In this document: one piece after another, positions 1 through 10,001 of the stretch | How the letters are laid out: every line of letters begins with the position of its first letter | How positions within the stretch are numbered: position 1 is the first letter of the stretch | Assembly: GCA_012727625.1 (NCBI GenBank) | Contig: JAAYGP010000274.1 | Location: 1-49,590 of the forward strand | Direction: 5' to 3' | DNA: 49,590 nt | Origin: Clostridiaceae bacterium | Lineage (GTDB): Bacteria > Bacillota > Clostridia > DSM-8532 | Translations under genes and position numbers: made by a program | The notes under the pieces: model-generated | The model's input: the letters and a program-made list of their open reading frames with translations, nothing else | Databases searched by the model: none | What the model was told of the DNA's origin: nothing

Positions 1-137
1 TAGCAACCGATAATGAAAAGCTACAGTTATAGAGCGATTTAAAGATACTCAAAGGCACATACGGCGACTATCGTTTAAATGATAAACTAACCAGAAGTGA
101 GGCTTCTGCACTCGCTGTCAGAATTTTAGGAAAGGAA

Positions 138-2198
138 TTGCATGTCCTTGTTGATTCGGCAAATTACAGAAAAACAAAATACCCCGATGTGGATGAAACA
201 CAGTGGTATGCGCCTTATGTAGGATATTGCACTGAACAGGGCATTTTGTCAGGAGATACTTCCGGTAATTATCTGCCCGATGAATTCATAACAGAAAAGA
301 GCTTTTTAAAAATTATCCTTGGTGTTCTTGGATATGAGAATAATATTGATTATACCTGGGCGAACATATACAAAAAAGCTTTTGAAGAAGGGTTGGTAAC
401 GGATTTATCATACATAGCAAAAGTGGAAGATAATACTGAATTTACGCGTAGAGACGCAGTAAATATCATGTACAATGCTTTATTATTAAAAATTAAGAAC
501 ACAGAGAAAGAACTTTTTCATAGATTGATAGATGAAAACATTATAACAACTGAAGAAGCGGTGGAACTGGGACTTATAGAAATAATAGAAGACGAAATAA
601 TTACAGAGATAGAAGAATTGCTTGTTTTTGATCATAACAATGTTACTATTATGTTTAATGAAGAAATAAAATCATTCGGACAGATAAAGATTTACCAGAC
701 AAACAATGAAAATAAATTACTTGCTTTTGGAATAGAAGAAGCAAGTGATGACTATATAATACTTAAAACGGAAAAACAAACACCTGGACTGGAATATACT
801 ATAGAAATTCGGGAAGTTGAGGATTTACACGGAAACATAGCAGATGAAATATATGGTGCTTTTATCGGATTTATGAAAGAAACCGTAGAATCAGACTTCT
901 TCCGCATTCAGAAAATTGAACCGTTAAATGAAAGGTCAATAAAAATATACTATACTCATCCTGTTAATTTAAATGTTGAGAATGCTTTATATTACAATAT
1001 ATTTAACAACAACTATATTTTTGCCTCAGGAGAAAGAGATCAGATTTTGGTACGTACTGTCACGTCCGAAGATAACTGCGTTCAATTAACATTAAAGAAT
1101 GGTACCTTTAATGAGGGAGAACAGTACAGGGTTGAGATTGATGGCAGTATGACCAGCGCATATGGTGTAAAGCTTAATGATGGATATGGAGACGAAATGG
1201 CTTTTTCAGCTGTTTCCGGACAATCAGATAGTTTCATGCTACTTGAGGTTGTGCCGTATAAATATAATGTAATACTGCTTAGCTTTAACAAGGAAGTGAA
1301 TCCATTCCTCGCGCAGCAGATTTATAATTATTATGTTGCAGATAAAGATTTTAAACCTATTGCCATTGAAAGTGTCACTGTGGAAAGCCAAGGCTTAAGA
1401 ATCGGTGAAGTTGTATATCTTCAATTGAAGGAAAGTATGAACAGATACGCAAAATATTACGTTACAATAAATAATCTTAATGATGTTACAAGACAGGAAT
1501 TTATAACGGAAAGAACATATTCTTTCGAGGCAGATTTCGGTTATGATGAGAGTCTTGAGATTGTTGATATTACACCAAGAGACAAGCAAACTGTGGAAGT
1601 GTATTTTTCCAATATGCTTGATCCGAGTACTGCTGAAATTATAGATTATTACACTATTACATTAAGAAATGGTACAACCACTGTTTATCCTAAGGGTGTT
1701 CGTTACGACAGAAATATACATCCTTACAGGGTTACAATGTTTTTTGATGAAAATGATTTGGAGGAAAAGAGAGAATATGAATTGAAAGTAAGCTTTGATA
1801 TTAAGGACTATCTTGGGAATAAGGCTGGTGCTACGTTAAGAAGAAGATTTCATGCCTCGGATGTGGAGAAAGCTGCACCATCTCTTGAAGAGGTAAAGCC
1901 AATATCAACAAATGCAATAAAGCTTGTTACTAATAAGGAATTGGCATTTACACTGACAAACCTCCAGCCGGCAAACTATACACTGGAGTATAATTATCAA
2001 GGTATGAGCGTAAAGAAACTTCCATTAAGCGTTCTATACATTAATGCGAAAACTTTGGTATTGATGTTCGATAAATTGGATTATGGTGTCCAATACACAC
2101 TGCGAATAAATGCAATGGAAGATTTTTCGGGCACAGTATATAAAGTGACCGGAGATGGCACAAACTACGTTGACTTTATTCTTGAAAAACAGGAGTAA
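138..2198 (+). CDS. SLH-domain cell-surface protein with about five tandem Ig-like beta-sandwich modules (S-layer associated); probably the 3' part of an interrupted longer gene
   Basis: The N-terminus YPDVDETQWYAPYVGYCTEQGILSGDTSGNYLPDEFITEKSFLKIILGVLG fits the SLH consensus. The rest is ~95-100 aa repeats opening with similar strands (FRIQKIEPLNERSIKIYY, LEIVDITPRDKQTVEVYF, LEEVKPISTNAIKLVT). There is no signal peptide after the TTG at 138. SLH-like sequence continues upstream in frame to a TAG at 30-32. Confidence 0.6.
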   Translation: MHVLVDSANYRKTKYPDVDETQWYAPYVGYCTEQGILSGDTSGNYLPDEFITEKSFLKIILGVLGYENNIDYTWANIYKKAFEEGLVTDLSYIAKVEDNTEFTRRDAVNIMYNALLLKIKNTEKELFHRLIDENIITTEEAVELGLIEIIEDEIITEIEELLVFDHNNVTIMFNEEIKSFGQIKIYQTNNENKLLAFGIEEASDDYIILKTEKQTPGLEYTIEIREVEDLHGNIADEIYGAFIGFMKETVESDFFRIQKIEPLNERSIKIYYTHPVNLNVENALYYNIFNNNYIFASGERDQILVRTVTSEDNCVQLTLKNGTFNEGEQYRVEIDGSMTSAYGVKLNDGYGDEMAFSAVSGQSDSFMLLEVVPYKYNVILLSFNKEVNPFLAQQIYNYYVADKDFKPIAIESVTVESQGLRIGEVVYLQLKESMNRYAKYYVTINNLNDVTRQEFITERTYSFEADFGYDESLEIVDITPRDKQTVEVYFSNMLDPSTAEIIDYYTITLRNGTTTVYPKGVRYDRNIHPYRVTMFFDENDLEEKREYELKVSFDIKDYLGNKAGATLRRRFHASDVEKAAPSLEEVKPISTNAIKLVTNKELAFTLTNLQPANYTLEYNYQGMSVKKLPLSVLYINAKTLVLMFDKLDYGVQYTLRINAMEDFSGTVYKVTGDGTNYVDFILEKQE

Positions 2199-2269
2199 GT
2201 GATATATTTGAACAAAGTGTAAATTATAATATGTAACAAAAACGTAAAAACCCCTTTACAACAATTTTA

Positions 2270-2298
2270 TTGACAATGGATAAAAACTTTGATACGAT
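2270..2298 (+). promoter_or_regulatory. Candidate sigma-A promoter (TTGACA-17 nt-TACGAT)
   Basis: TTGACA at 2270-2275, a 17-nt spacer, then TACGAT at 2293-2298. It overlaps the left arm of the 12-bp hairpin. Confidence 0.3.
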
Positions 2299-2333
2299 TT
2301 TGTTCAGAAGTTGAACAAAATCGTTTCTTTTTA
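2295..2333 (+). terminator. Perfect 12-bp hairpin plus T-rich tail; terminator of the SLH gene or an operator
   Basis: CGATTTTGTTCA (2295-2306), loop GAAGT, TGAACAAAATCG (2312-2323), followed by TTTCTTTTTA. Confidence 0.4.
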
Positions 2334-2553
2334 TCCCGGTGTTTCGGCCCGGTGTAAAATAAACGAGGTCAAATGATACAACAAAGGCATTAATTCCGGG
2401 AGATTTGCTAATCAAAACCATAAAGTTCTTTAAGCGGTTTTAAGCGAAATCAAACCGGTGTTTTAATGTCTGATGGCGAAGCTGTGTCATTTTTTGTATT
2501 TTTTATGAACTTGTTCAGCTAAGGACAAAGAGCAAAAATCTTTACGTGAGGAT

Positions 2554-3060
2554 ATGACAAACGAACTTGAAATCCTAAAAAGCGTAGACGAAAAAAACAA
2601 TATAACACAAAGAGAACTTGCCAGACGGACAGGCCTGTCACTTGGGTCTGTCAATGTTTTGCTGAAAAAGCTCATACATAAAGGCCTTTTAAAGATCGAA
2701 CACGTCAATTCAAGGACGATTAGATATATGCTCACTCCCAAGGGTTTAATGGAAAAGGTGAGGCTTACATATCAGTATATTGTTATATCATACAATCGCA
2801 TTTTATCAATTGAGAGAAAAATTGAACAGGTGACGGAGGATTTCAAAGGTTGTCAAATCGTCCTTCTGGGCGAGAAAGATGAGCTTTTTGAAATAATATC
2901 AGGAAAATTGAAATCCATGAATATACATTTCATATTTACAAATGACAACAAGAACTTATTGCAGTATAATGATGAAGAATACATAATTCTTACCTGGAGT
3001 CCGGACCATCTTGATAAGGAATTCAGTAATTACAACAATATTATTAATGTTTTAAGTTAA
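2554..3060 (+). CDS. Winged-helix (MarR/Rrf2-like) transcriptional regulator heading the glycan locus
   Basis: ITQRELARRTGLSLGSVNVLLKKLIHKGLLK is a typical HTH plus recognition helix. The protein is small (168 aa). GTGAGGA lies upstream of the ATG. Confidence 0.7.
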   Translation: MTNELEILKSVDEKNNITQRELARRTGLSLGSVNVLLKKLIHKGLLKIEHVNSRTIRYMLTPKGLMEKVRLTYQYIVISYNRILSIERKIEQVTEDFKGCQIVLLGEKDELFEIISGKLKSMNIHFIFTNDNKNLLQYNDEEYIILTWSPDHLDKEFSNYNNIINVLS

Positions 3061-3080
3061 CAGCCGAAAGGGGTATTGGA

Positions 3081-4448
3081 ATGGAAGAGATTTCTTTAAG
3101 GGAAATAATTGAAGCACTATGGAAAGGTAAATGGATAATAGCGCTGGTAACAATTATTGCGCTGGTATTGGGAGGGGTTGGTACGTACCTGATGATTCCC
3201 GGTTCTCAAAGTGTTGTTACCATAATAGAGATTAACTACCCCGGTATTGAGAACGGCAAAAATCCCGATGGCACAGAATTTGATATAAGACAGCTGACAT
3301 CCCCTTATGTTATTGACAGAGCTTTGAAAGCAACCGGCTTAAACAGCACAGGTATTAAGCCTGAGGAAGTAAGAAGAAATATAGACATAAATCCTATTGT
3401 GCCGAATGAAATTGTACAGCTGGCTGAAACAATGATAAAGCAGGGCAAGGAATATGTTTATTACCCCAGTGAATTTAAGATTTCCTATAAGGTTAACAAA
3501 GCTTTTTCATATAACCAGGGAATAGCATTAATAGATGCTGTTATAGATGAATACAAGAAATACTTCTATGCCCTTTATTCCGATGTAAAAACAATTGAAA
3601 ACGCTATTGTCTCTCTTGACTATACAGCATATGATTACCCTGATGTTGTGGAAGTCATTTCCACGCAAATAGATGGCATTATGGAGTTTTTAGTGGAAAA
3701 GACCGAGGAAGATGCCAATTTCAGATCGTCAGGAACAAGTTACACTTTTGCTGACCTTAACCGCAGCTTTGGAATACTGAAAACCGTTGACACAAGCAAG
3801 CTTGAATCTATTGTGAACGCGAACACGCTTACAAAGGATCGTGATAAGCTAATTAAAGATTATGAATACAGAGTTAAGCGTATGGAACTGGAGAGAGCAA
3901 AGAAGAACAGCGAAGCTGAGGAAGCCCGCAAACTGATGGAAGAATTTAAGAAAGAGGATCTTGTTCTCATTCCGAACAGCGGAGGAAATGAGCTTAGGAC
4001 AGAAAACCCCGTATCATACTACAATACCCTGGCTGAGACCGCTATAACAGCAAGTGTTGAAGCAACGGGGCTTCAGCATGAGATTGAATATTATAAAAAA
4101 GAAATTGAACGTTTGAATGCGGCTACGGGTTCGAATAGTACTTCGCTAACTCAGGAGGCTGATCAAATGATCGAAGTTATAAAAACAAAGCTTTTAAGTT
4201 TGATCAACCTTACAAACAAAACCCTTGATGATTATTATTCTTATAAATACGGTGAAAGCATAAAACAGGTAATTCCTTCTGAGATGGTATCAGGAGTAAG
4301 CATATTAAAAAACATGGCTATTGCACTTGCAGCTGGGATTATACTTGGTGTATTCATAGTGTTTGCGCGATATTACTGGAAAATTACCGAGGTAAAGACA
4401 GAAGATAGTTCTAACAAGACTGAAGACGTTCAGAAGATAAGGGATTAA
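3081..4448 (+). CDS. Wzz-like polysaccharide co-polymerase / chain-length determinant (no kinase partner seen)
   Basis: N-terminal LREIIEALWKGKWIIALVTIIALVLGG (Wzz motif plus TM1), a long coiled-coil periplasmic-type middle, and a C-terminal TM (MAIALAAGIILGVFIVF). Confidence 0.8.
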   Translation: MEEISLREIIEALWKGKWIIALVTIIALVLGGVGTYLMIPGSQSVVTIIEINYPGIENGKNPDGTEFDIRQLTSPYVIDRALKATGLNSTGIKPEEVRRNIDINPIVPNEIVQLAETMIKQGKEYVYYPSEFKISYKVNKAFSYNQGIALIDAVIDEYKKYFYALYSDVKTIENAIVSLDYTAYDYPDVVEVISTQIDGIMEFLVEKTEEDANFRSSGTSYTFADLNRSFGILKTVDTSKLESIVNANTLTKDRDKLIKDYEYRVKRMELERAKKNSEAEEARKLMEEFKKEDLVLIPNSGGNELRTENPVSYYNTLAETAITASVEATGLQHEIEYYKKEIERLNAATGSNSTSLTQEADQMIEVIKTKLLSLINLTNKTLDDYYSYKYGESIKQVIPSEMVSGVSILKNMAIALAAGIILGVFIVFARYYWKITEVKTEDSSNKTEDVQKIRD

Positions 4449-4449
4449 A

Positions 4450-7400
4450 ATGGGAAAACAAAAAAATAAGAAGATTAAGACAGCTAATAATGATAATATT
4501 TTAAACAAAATAAAAACATTCCTTATTGCAGCATTGGCATTTATAATTTTCTATCCGCCATATCTGCAGGGACTGTTTTTTGAAAAGCATGTACTACCTA
4601 CAGGAATTTTTGTATTTGCAGTATTCATAATTTTTTTAGTATATAAATGGCTTAAAAGGGATTTTTCTTTCTTAAAAACACCAATTGAATATATTGCCCT
4701 GGCATTTGTTGCTGTATATTTCATATCAATATTCAACGCAGTACACACCCGCTCTGCAATAATTGAATGGCTGAAGTACTGCATGTATTTTGCGGTATTT
4801 TATATGATTACTGAGCTTGCAGATGATTTGAAGACAAGGCTTTTGTTTTTATGGATGATAATAGCCTCCGCTGTGGGTGTGTCCATAATTGGCCTTGATT
4901 CAGCCAATGGTAGCAGGCTTGTCGGTGTTCTTAACAGAATTTTCAACATATTCGGGTACAAAGGGGATATGTTCTTTGGCCTTTTTGTAGGAAACAGAAT
5001 AAATTCCACTCTTCAATATCCAAATGCCCTTGCTTCCTATGTAATGGCAGTGTTTTTTATTACCATTGGCATGTTGATTGTTCAGAAAAAATGGTGGCAA
5101 AAGGCTATAACAGGGATTTGCAGCTTTATTCTCTTTACAACCTTTATACTGACACACAGCCGCGGAGCTCAACTATTATTCCCGGTTGCATTATTAATCT
5201 TCTTTTTAGCTGCTCCTAAAGGCAACAGAATTAAAGCCGTTACACATGTTATAATGTTATCAGTACCGACTGTGGTATTTGTTCTAATGATTAATCCACA
5301 TCTTTCTGGTGACAACTTTAATATAAAGGTGTTCGGACTGTTATTGGCAGGCATTGTTTTGTCAGGTTTAATTGGGATTGTTTCAGGATTTATTGCGACA
5401 GCACTGCAAAAAATTAATTGGAAAATATATGCTGGATTGATTACTGTTTCAGCGGCATTGGTTATAGCCGGAGGAATATATTTAATTAACCAATCAGTCC
5501 CTGTTGAGCTGAAGCATGAGATAACTGCGGAAGATACGATTCAATCAGTCTCAAAGGATGTAGCCTTAAAGCCTGGCAAAGAATATATTTTATCCTATGA
5601 AGCTGAGGCATGGATGGAAGAGGTAAAACCATATGCATACTTCATAAGGTTATTTAGTAAAAGCAATAGTAATATTTTATTTGGTGGAAGCCCACAACTT
5701 TTAAGAGAAGAATTACCTGCAACAAATGGTGTTGAAGAGAGAAGCATAAAATTCATTACTCCTGAAGACAGTAAGCTAATTTCAATTTATTTCTCAAATT
5801 ATTATGCCGGAACAGGTGTTAAAGTTAATAATATTAAGATTATTAATCCGGAAACCAATAAAATTTTAAAAGAAATTGCTTTAAAAAATAAATACAATCT
5901 GGATAGTATTATTAACAGGTTTCAAAACATATGGTTTCAAAATAGTCTTTTAACGAGGGCTATTTTTTATAAAGATGGATTTGAGATATTCAAAGATCGC
6001 TGGTTTTTAGGTGGTGGCGGCGGCGCTTGGAACTATTTATATCGCCAATACCAGTCATATAACTATGCGAGCAGCCAGGCACATAATTTCCCACTCCAAT
6101 TAGGGATAGAAACAGGCATCATGGGGCTATTAGTGCTATTATGTCTTATCATTGTAATTGCTCATACGTATATCAAATATTATAAAAAAGAAAAGCAACA
6201 GAATAATCAAGAGGATAGAATTAAAGATGATGATACAAAAATAGCAGAAAGATTCTTAAATTCATCAGTAATTGTAGCTATAGCAGCTTTATTATTACAT
6301 TCAGTTATTGACTTTGATTTTTCTGAAGCATCTATGCTCTTTTTGTTTTGGCAGCTTATTGCTTTATTTGGAAGTAGTATGAGAGAAACGTTAATGACAT
6401 CTGAAATGCCCCCCTTTATATTTAATAATGTTCGAAAAAGCAAGAAAAATGTTATAACAAAGACAGGGGTTGTTGCTGGAATACTGTGTACAGCTATAAC
6501 TCTTGGTTTTTCTTTTAGTTTTTTTATTGCAACATCTTTCGCACAGAATGCTTACGGACATTTAAAGAATAATAATATTCAAAAGGCGATAGACAGTATT
6601 TATAAAGCTATTAGTTTTGATGGATTCAATGAGAAATATATTACAGGCTATAACCCGGTACCTGCAAGACCGGATATAAAGACAGGCTTGGCAGAACTGT
6701 TGTTTATTAAAAATGATTCACTAAAAAGCTTAGAGCAAAATGGTGAAAAGACGCCTGAAAGTGAAGTGCTTATACTCCAGCAGCAGTTTACTGATGTGAA
6801 TAAACGTATAAATGAGCTTGAAAAAAACGCAGCGAACAATTTAAACTTGGCAAGTAACATAGCAAGCTTTTACTTTAAAACAGGGCAAACAGAAAAGGGG
6901 TTAGAATATCTCAATACTGCTATAGATCAATTTCCTTTTGAACCATCTCTATGGCATTCAAAGGTTGATGTATACTTTCAACTGATGAGTACTAATTTTA
7001 ATAAAGGTGACTATGATCGTGCAAAAGAATATATCGATTCCGGATTGAATATAATTAGTGAAGTTATAGAAGTAAACAAAAGAAATATGAATCCCTTTGT
7101 TTTCAAGGAAGAAACGATCACCTTATTACAGAAACTACAATTTATGCATGATTATTGGGATAAAGATGAACTTAAAGATATTAATAAAATTGTACATTAT
7201 AGCATTCTTAACTTAGATGTAAATATGGACGGTATGCCAGATCAATGGGGAATTAATGAAACAGCATTTATTAATGTTTCAATAATTGATAATAGTATGG
7301 GAATAAAAGCGTCAGGAAGAAACTTCATCTATAGCCAACCTGATGTTAAATTTGAAAAAGGTAAGACATATCAAATTGATGTAAAGTTTAAAAGTCCTGT

Positions 7401-7581
7401 AGAGAATATAGCATATTATGTAGTTGGAATAACACCAAATACACTACCTTTAATTCAGGTTGATGGAAAGTATTCAGCAGACCTGATGATTGAGAATGAG
7501 CCAAATGAAAATGGTAATCAGTTCAGATTATATCTCGAATCAGACTGTGTTATTGAAAGAATAAATATAAAGGAGAAATAA
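4450..7581 (+). CDS. Large polytopic Wzy_C (O-antigen ligase / O-oligosaccharyltransferase-like) protein with inserted and C-terminal beta-sandwich domains and a TPR-like region
   Basis: More than 10 predicted TM helices. Wzy_C-type loop SQAHNFPLQLGIETGIMGLLVLL. CBM-like segments at ~aa 350-480 and ~aa 920-1043. Helical repeat region at ~aa 700-900. Confidence 0.75.
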   Translation: MGKQKNKKIKTANNDNILNKIKTFLIAALAFIIFYPPYLQGLFFEKHVLPTGIFVFAVFIIFLVYKWLKRDFSFLKTPIEYIALAFVAVYFISIFNAVHTRSAIIEWLKYCMYFAVFYMITELADDLKTRLLFLWMIIASAVGVSIIGLDSANGSRLVGVLNRIFNIFGYKGDMFFGLFVGNRINSTLQYPNALASYVMAVFFITIGMLIVQKKWWQKAITGICSFILFTTFILTHSRGAQLLFPVALLIFFLAAPKGNRIKAVTHVIMLSVPTVVFVLMINPHLSGDNFNIKVFGLLLAGIVLSGLIGIVSGFIATALQKINWKIYAGLITVSAALVIAGGIYLINQSVPVELKHEITAEDTIQSVSKDVALKPGKEYILSYEAEAWMEEVKPYAYFIRLFSKSNSNILFGGSPQLLREELPATNGVEERSIKFITPEDSKLISIYFSNYYAGTGVKVNNIKIINPETNKILKEIALKNKYNLDSIINRFQNIWFQNSLLTRAIFYKDGFEIFKDRWFLGGGGGAWNYLYRQYQSYNYASSQAHNFPLQLGIETGIMGLLVLLCLIIVIAHTYIKYYKKEKQQNNQEDRIKDDDTKIAERFLNSSVIVAIAALLLHSVIDFDFSEASMLFLFWQLIALFGSSMRETLMTSEMPPFIFNNVRKSKKNVITKTGVVAGILCTAITLGFSFSFFIATSFAQNAYGHLKNNNIQKAIDSIYKAISFDGFNEKYITGYNPVPARPDIKTGLAELLFIKNDSLKSLEQNGEKTPESEVLILQQQFTDVNKRINELEKNAANNLNLASNIASFYFKTGQTEKGLEYLNTAIDQFPFEPSLWHSKVDVYFQLMSTNFNKGDYDRAKEYIDSGLNIISEVIEVNKRNMNPFVFKEETITLLQKLQFMHDYWDKDELKDINKIVHYSILNLDVNMDGMPDQWGINETAFINVSIIDNSMGIKASGRNFIYSQPDVKFEKGKTYQIDVKFKSPVENIAYYVVGITPNTLPLIQVDGKYSADLMIENEPNENGNQFRLYLESDCVIERINIKEK

Positions 7582-7858
7582 CAGGTAAAATACTACTATA
7601 TACATTAGAAATAACTAATTAAGTGAAGGCCATTAGAATAAAAACAAGAAAGAGACGCTTAGATACGAAATTGTTGCAATGTCTTTTACCATGATATCGA
7701 GGAATTCTTCAATTACACTGTTAATGCTTACTGTTTTTTTGATTTAAAGCCAACTGTAACTGCATTGTATTACTAAGAATTTGGATTTAACGCTCATTGT
7801 TTTATTGAGGATATTGGAAACTTCTGAGAGTATATATATGATTTAAGGAGAATTGATA

Positions 7859-8692
7859 ATGCCTTTGAAATTAATGTATATCACAAACTCTCCGATGGTC
7901 GCTACCATTGCTGAGCAAAGTGGTGTTGATAGAATTTGGATAGATCTTGAACATATGGGAAAAGAAGAACGTCAACGTGGAATGAATAGCGTAAAGTCAA
8001 ACCACAAACTCGCAGACGTAGCTATGCTGCGTCCTTATGTGAAAAACTCAGAGTTGATGGTTAGAGTCAATCCGCTACATGAAAATTCAAGAGTTGAAAT
8101 AGATGAAGTAATTACCAGCGGAGCAGATTTGGTTATGTTACCAATGTTTAGAACCGTTGATGATGCTTTTCGTTTTGTAGATATTGTTGGTGGTAGAGCT
8201 AAGGTTATGCTCTTGGTGGAAACTGCAGAAGCCATTGAGAATTTGGATGAGATTGTGAAGGTTTCCGGAATTGATGAAATCCATATCGGCTTGAATGATT
8301 TACATTTGGCGTATGGTTTGAATTTTATGTTTGAACTTGTAGCTGATGGAACAATAGATAAAGCCTGCGAAATTATACGTTCAGCCGATATTCCTTTTGG
8401 CTTCGGTGGTGTTGCTAAATTGGGTGAGGGGCTTCTTCCTGCTGAATATGTTCTTGCAGAGCATTATCGTCTTGGTTCTTCTATGGTTATTCTTTCACGT
8501 ACGTTCTGTAATACTTGGTTGAGCAAAGAAGAAGTGGAACTGAAAAATGTATTCTCAACTGGAGTAAAGAAATTAAGAGATTATGAGACTATGCTAGTAC
8601 AACAAGATGATTTATATTTCATTAAAATGCATAAAAAAGTTCAGGAAATAGTTTATTCCATAAGCAAAGAAATAAAAAATAAGAGAGGATAA
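7859..8692 (+). CDS. HpcH/HpaI-family (class II, pyruvate-dependent) aldolase-like enzyme
   Basis: SGVDRIWIDLEH, LVMLPMF and VMLLVETAEAIENLDEI..IHIGLNDL match the HpcH/citrate-lyase-beta TIM-barrel pattern. AAGGAG lies 8 nt upstream of the ATG at 7859; the track start at 7853 is a TTG. Confidence 0.7.
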   Translation: MPLKLMYITNSPMVATIAEQSGVDRIWIDLEHMGKEERQRGMNSVKSNHKLADVAMLRPYVKNSELMVRVNPLHENSRVEIDEVITSGADLVMLPMFRTVDDAFRFVDIVGGRAKVMLLVETAEAIENLDEIVKVSGIDEIHIGLNDLHLAYGLNFMFELVADGTIDKACEIIRSADIPFGFGGVAKLGEGLLPAEYVLAEHYRLGSSMVILSRTFCNTWLSKEEVELKNVFSTGVKKLRDYETMLVQQDDLYFIKMHKKVQEIVYSISKEIKNKRG

Positions 8693-8696
8693 AGAA

Positions 8697-9920
8697 ATGA
8701 AACTTAGTTCAGATATTATTGCCGAATTGAGTAAGCAATATGGTGATGCATTCTATTTATTACATTCTAAGCGATTTGAACAAAATTTTATTGAACTAAA
8801 AAAAGCATTTACAGATATTTACCCGAAGTTTAATATAGCGTATTCTTATAAAACAAATTACATACCTGAACTTTGTAAAATCATAAATCGCCTTGGAGGA
8901 TATGCAGAGGTTGTTTCCGGCATGGAGTATGAAATTGCCTTGCGTATTGGTGTTTTACCAGAAAAAATTATCTGGAACGGCCCATATAAAAATGCCGAAA
9001 AGGTTCAGGAACTGCTTCTGGCTGGTGGTATTGTCAATATCGACTCTGCTTATGAGATTGAGATGATTAAGGGGATTGCTGAACAAAACCCTGAAAAGAC
9101 TCTAAAAGTCGGGATTCGATGTAATTTTGATATTAATGATGGAGTCACATCACGATTTGGTTTTGATATTGAATCAAAGGATTTTCAACGAGTGTATGAG
9201 TTTTTAAGTACTACCTCTAATATTCATTTTACTGGTATGCAGTGTCACTTCGCAACTCGTGTACTCGAGACCTGGTACTCTCGTGTCAGAGGAATGTTAA
9301 AACTATTGGATAAACTAGGTATAGTACCTGAACACATTGACCTTGGCGGAGGTATGTATGGAAAGATGGCAGATTCTCTGAAGGAGCAGTTCGGTTGTTA
9401 TATTCCGACTTATACTGATTATGCTAAAGCTGCAGCATCGTTATTTGCAGACCGCTACGGAGAGTTATCATATAACCAGCAACCTCTTCTGTTAATAGAA
9501 CCTGGCAGTGCGCTCGTAGGAGATTGTATGTCATTTATTTCAAAAGTTGTTAATATAAAGGAAGTGCGTGGAAAGGCCATTGCAACATTGCTTGGTAGCA
9601 TTTATAATATCAATCCCACACTGAATACGAAGAATCCTCCAATATCTGTATTTCATATGGGTGGTGAGATAAAAGAATATACAAATCTTGATTTTGGAGG
9701 TTTCACCTGTATTGAGTCAGATTATCTTTACCGCCACTATACCGGTTCTCTTGCACAGAACGATATGGTAATGTTTGATAACGTTGGATCTTATTCAATA
9801 GTGCTTAAACCACCATTTATTTTACCTAATTTCCCCGTATTAGATATTGATGGTGATGAAGTAAAAGTGATAAAGAGGACAGAAACTTTCGATGATTTGT
9901 TCAATACATATAAGTTTTAG
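8697..9920 (+). CDS. Fold-type III PLP-dependent decarboxylase (Orn/DAP/Arg decarboxylase family)
   Basis: AYSYKTN (PLP lysine), HIDLGGG, EPGSALVG and GFTCIESD motifs appear in the canonical order. Confidence 0.8.
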   Translation: MKLSSDIIAELSKQYGDAFYLLHSKRFEQNFIELKKAFTDIYPKFNIAYSYKTNYIPELCKIINRLGGYAEVVSGMEYEIALRIGVLPEKIIWNGPYKNAEKVQELLLAGGIVNIDSAYEIEMIKGIAEQNPEKTLKVGIRCNFDINDGVTSRFGFDIESKDFQRVYEFLSTTSNIHFTGMQCHFATRVLETWYSRVRGMLKLLDKLGIVPEHIDLGGGMYGKMADSLKEQFGCYIPTYTDYAKAAASLFADRYGELSYNQQPLLLIEPGSALVGDCMSFISKVVNIKEVRGKAIATLLGSIYNINPTLNTKNPPISVFHMGGEIKEYTNLDFGGFTCIESDYLYRHYTGSLAQNDMVMFDNVGSYSIVLKPPFILPNFPVLDIDGDEVKVIKRTETFDDLFNTYKF

Positions 9921-10001
9921 TAATTTATGAGGTGCAGGAAACATATCAATCTATGAAGATTATGCGGAGATGACATTGTAAGATTAATGGAGGTTTGTGA
10001 A

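Noticed and set aside
30-32. TAG as pyrrolysine or programmed recoding
   Set aside because: There is no evidence of pyl genes or a PYLIS-like context in the window. A nonsense mutation or sequencing error is far more parsimonious.
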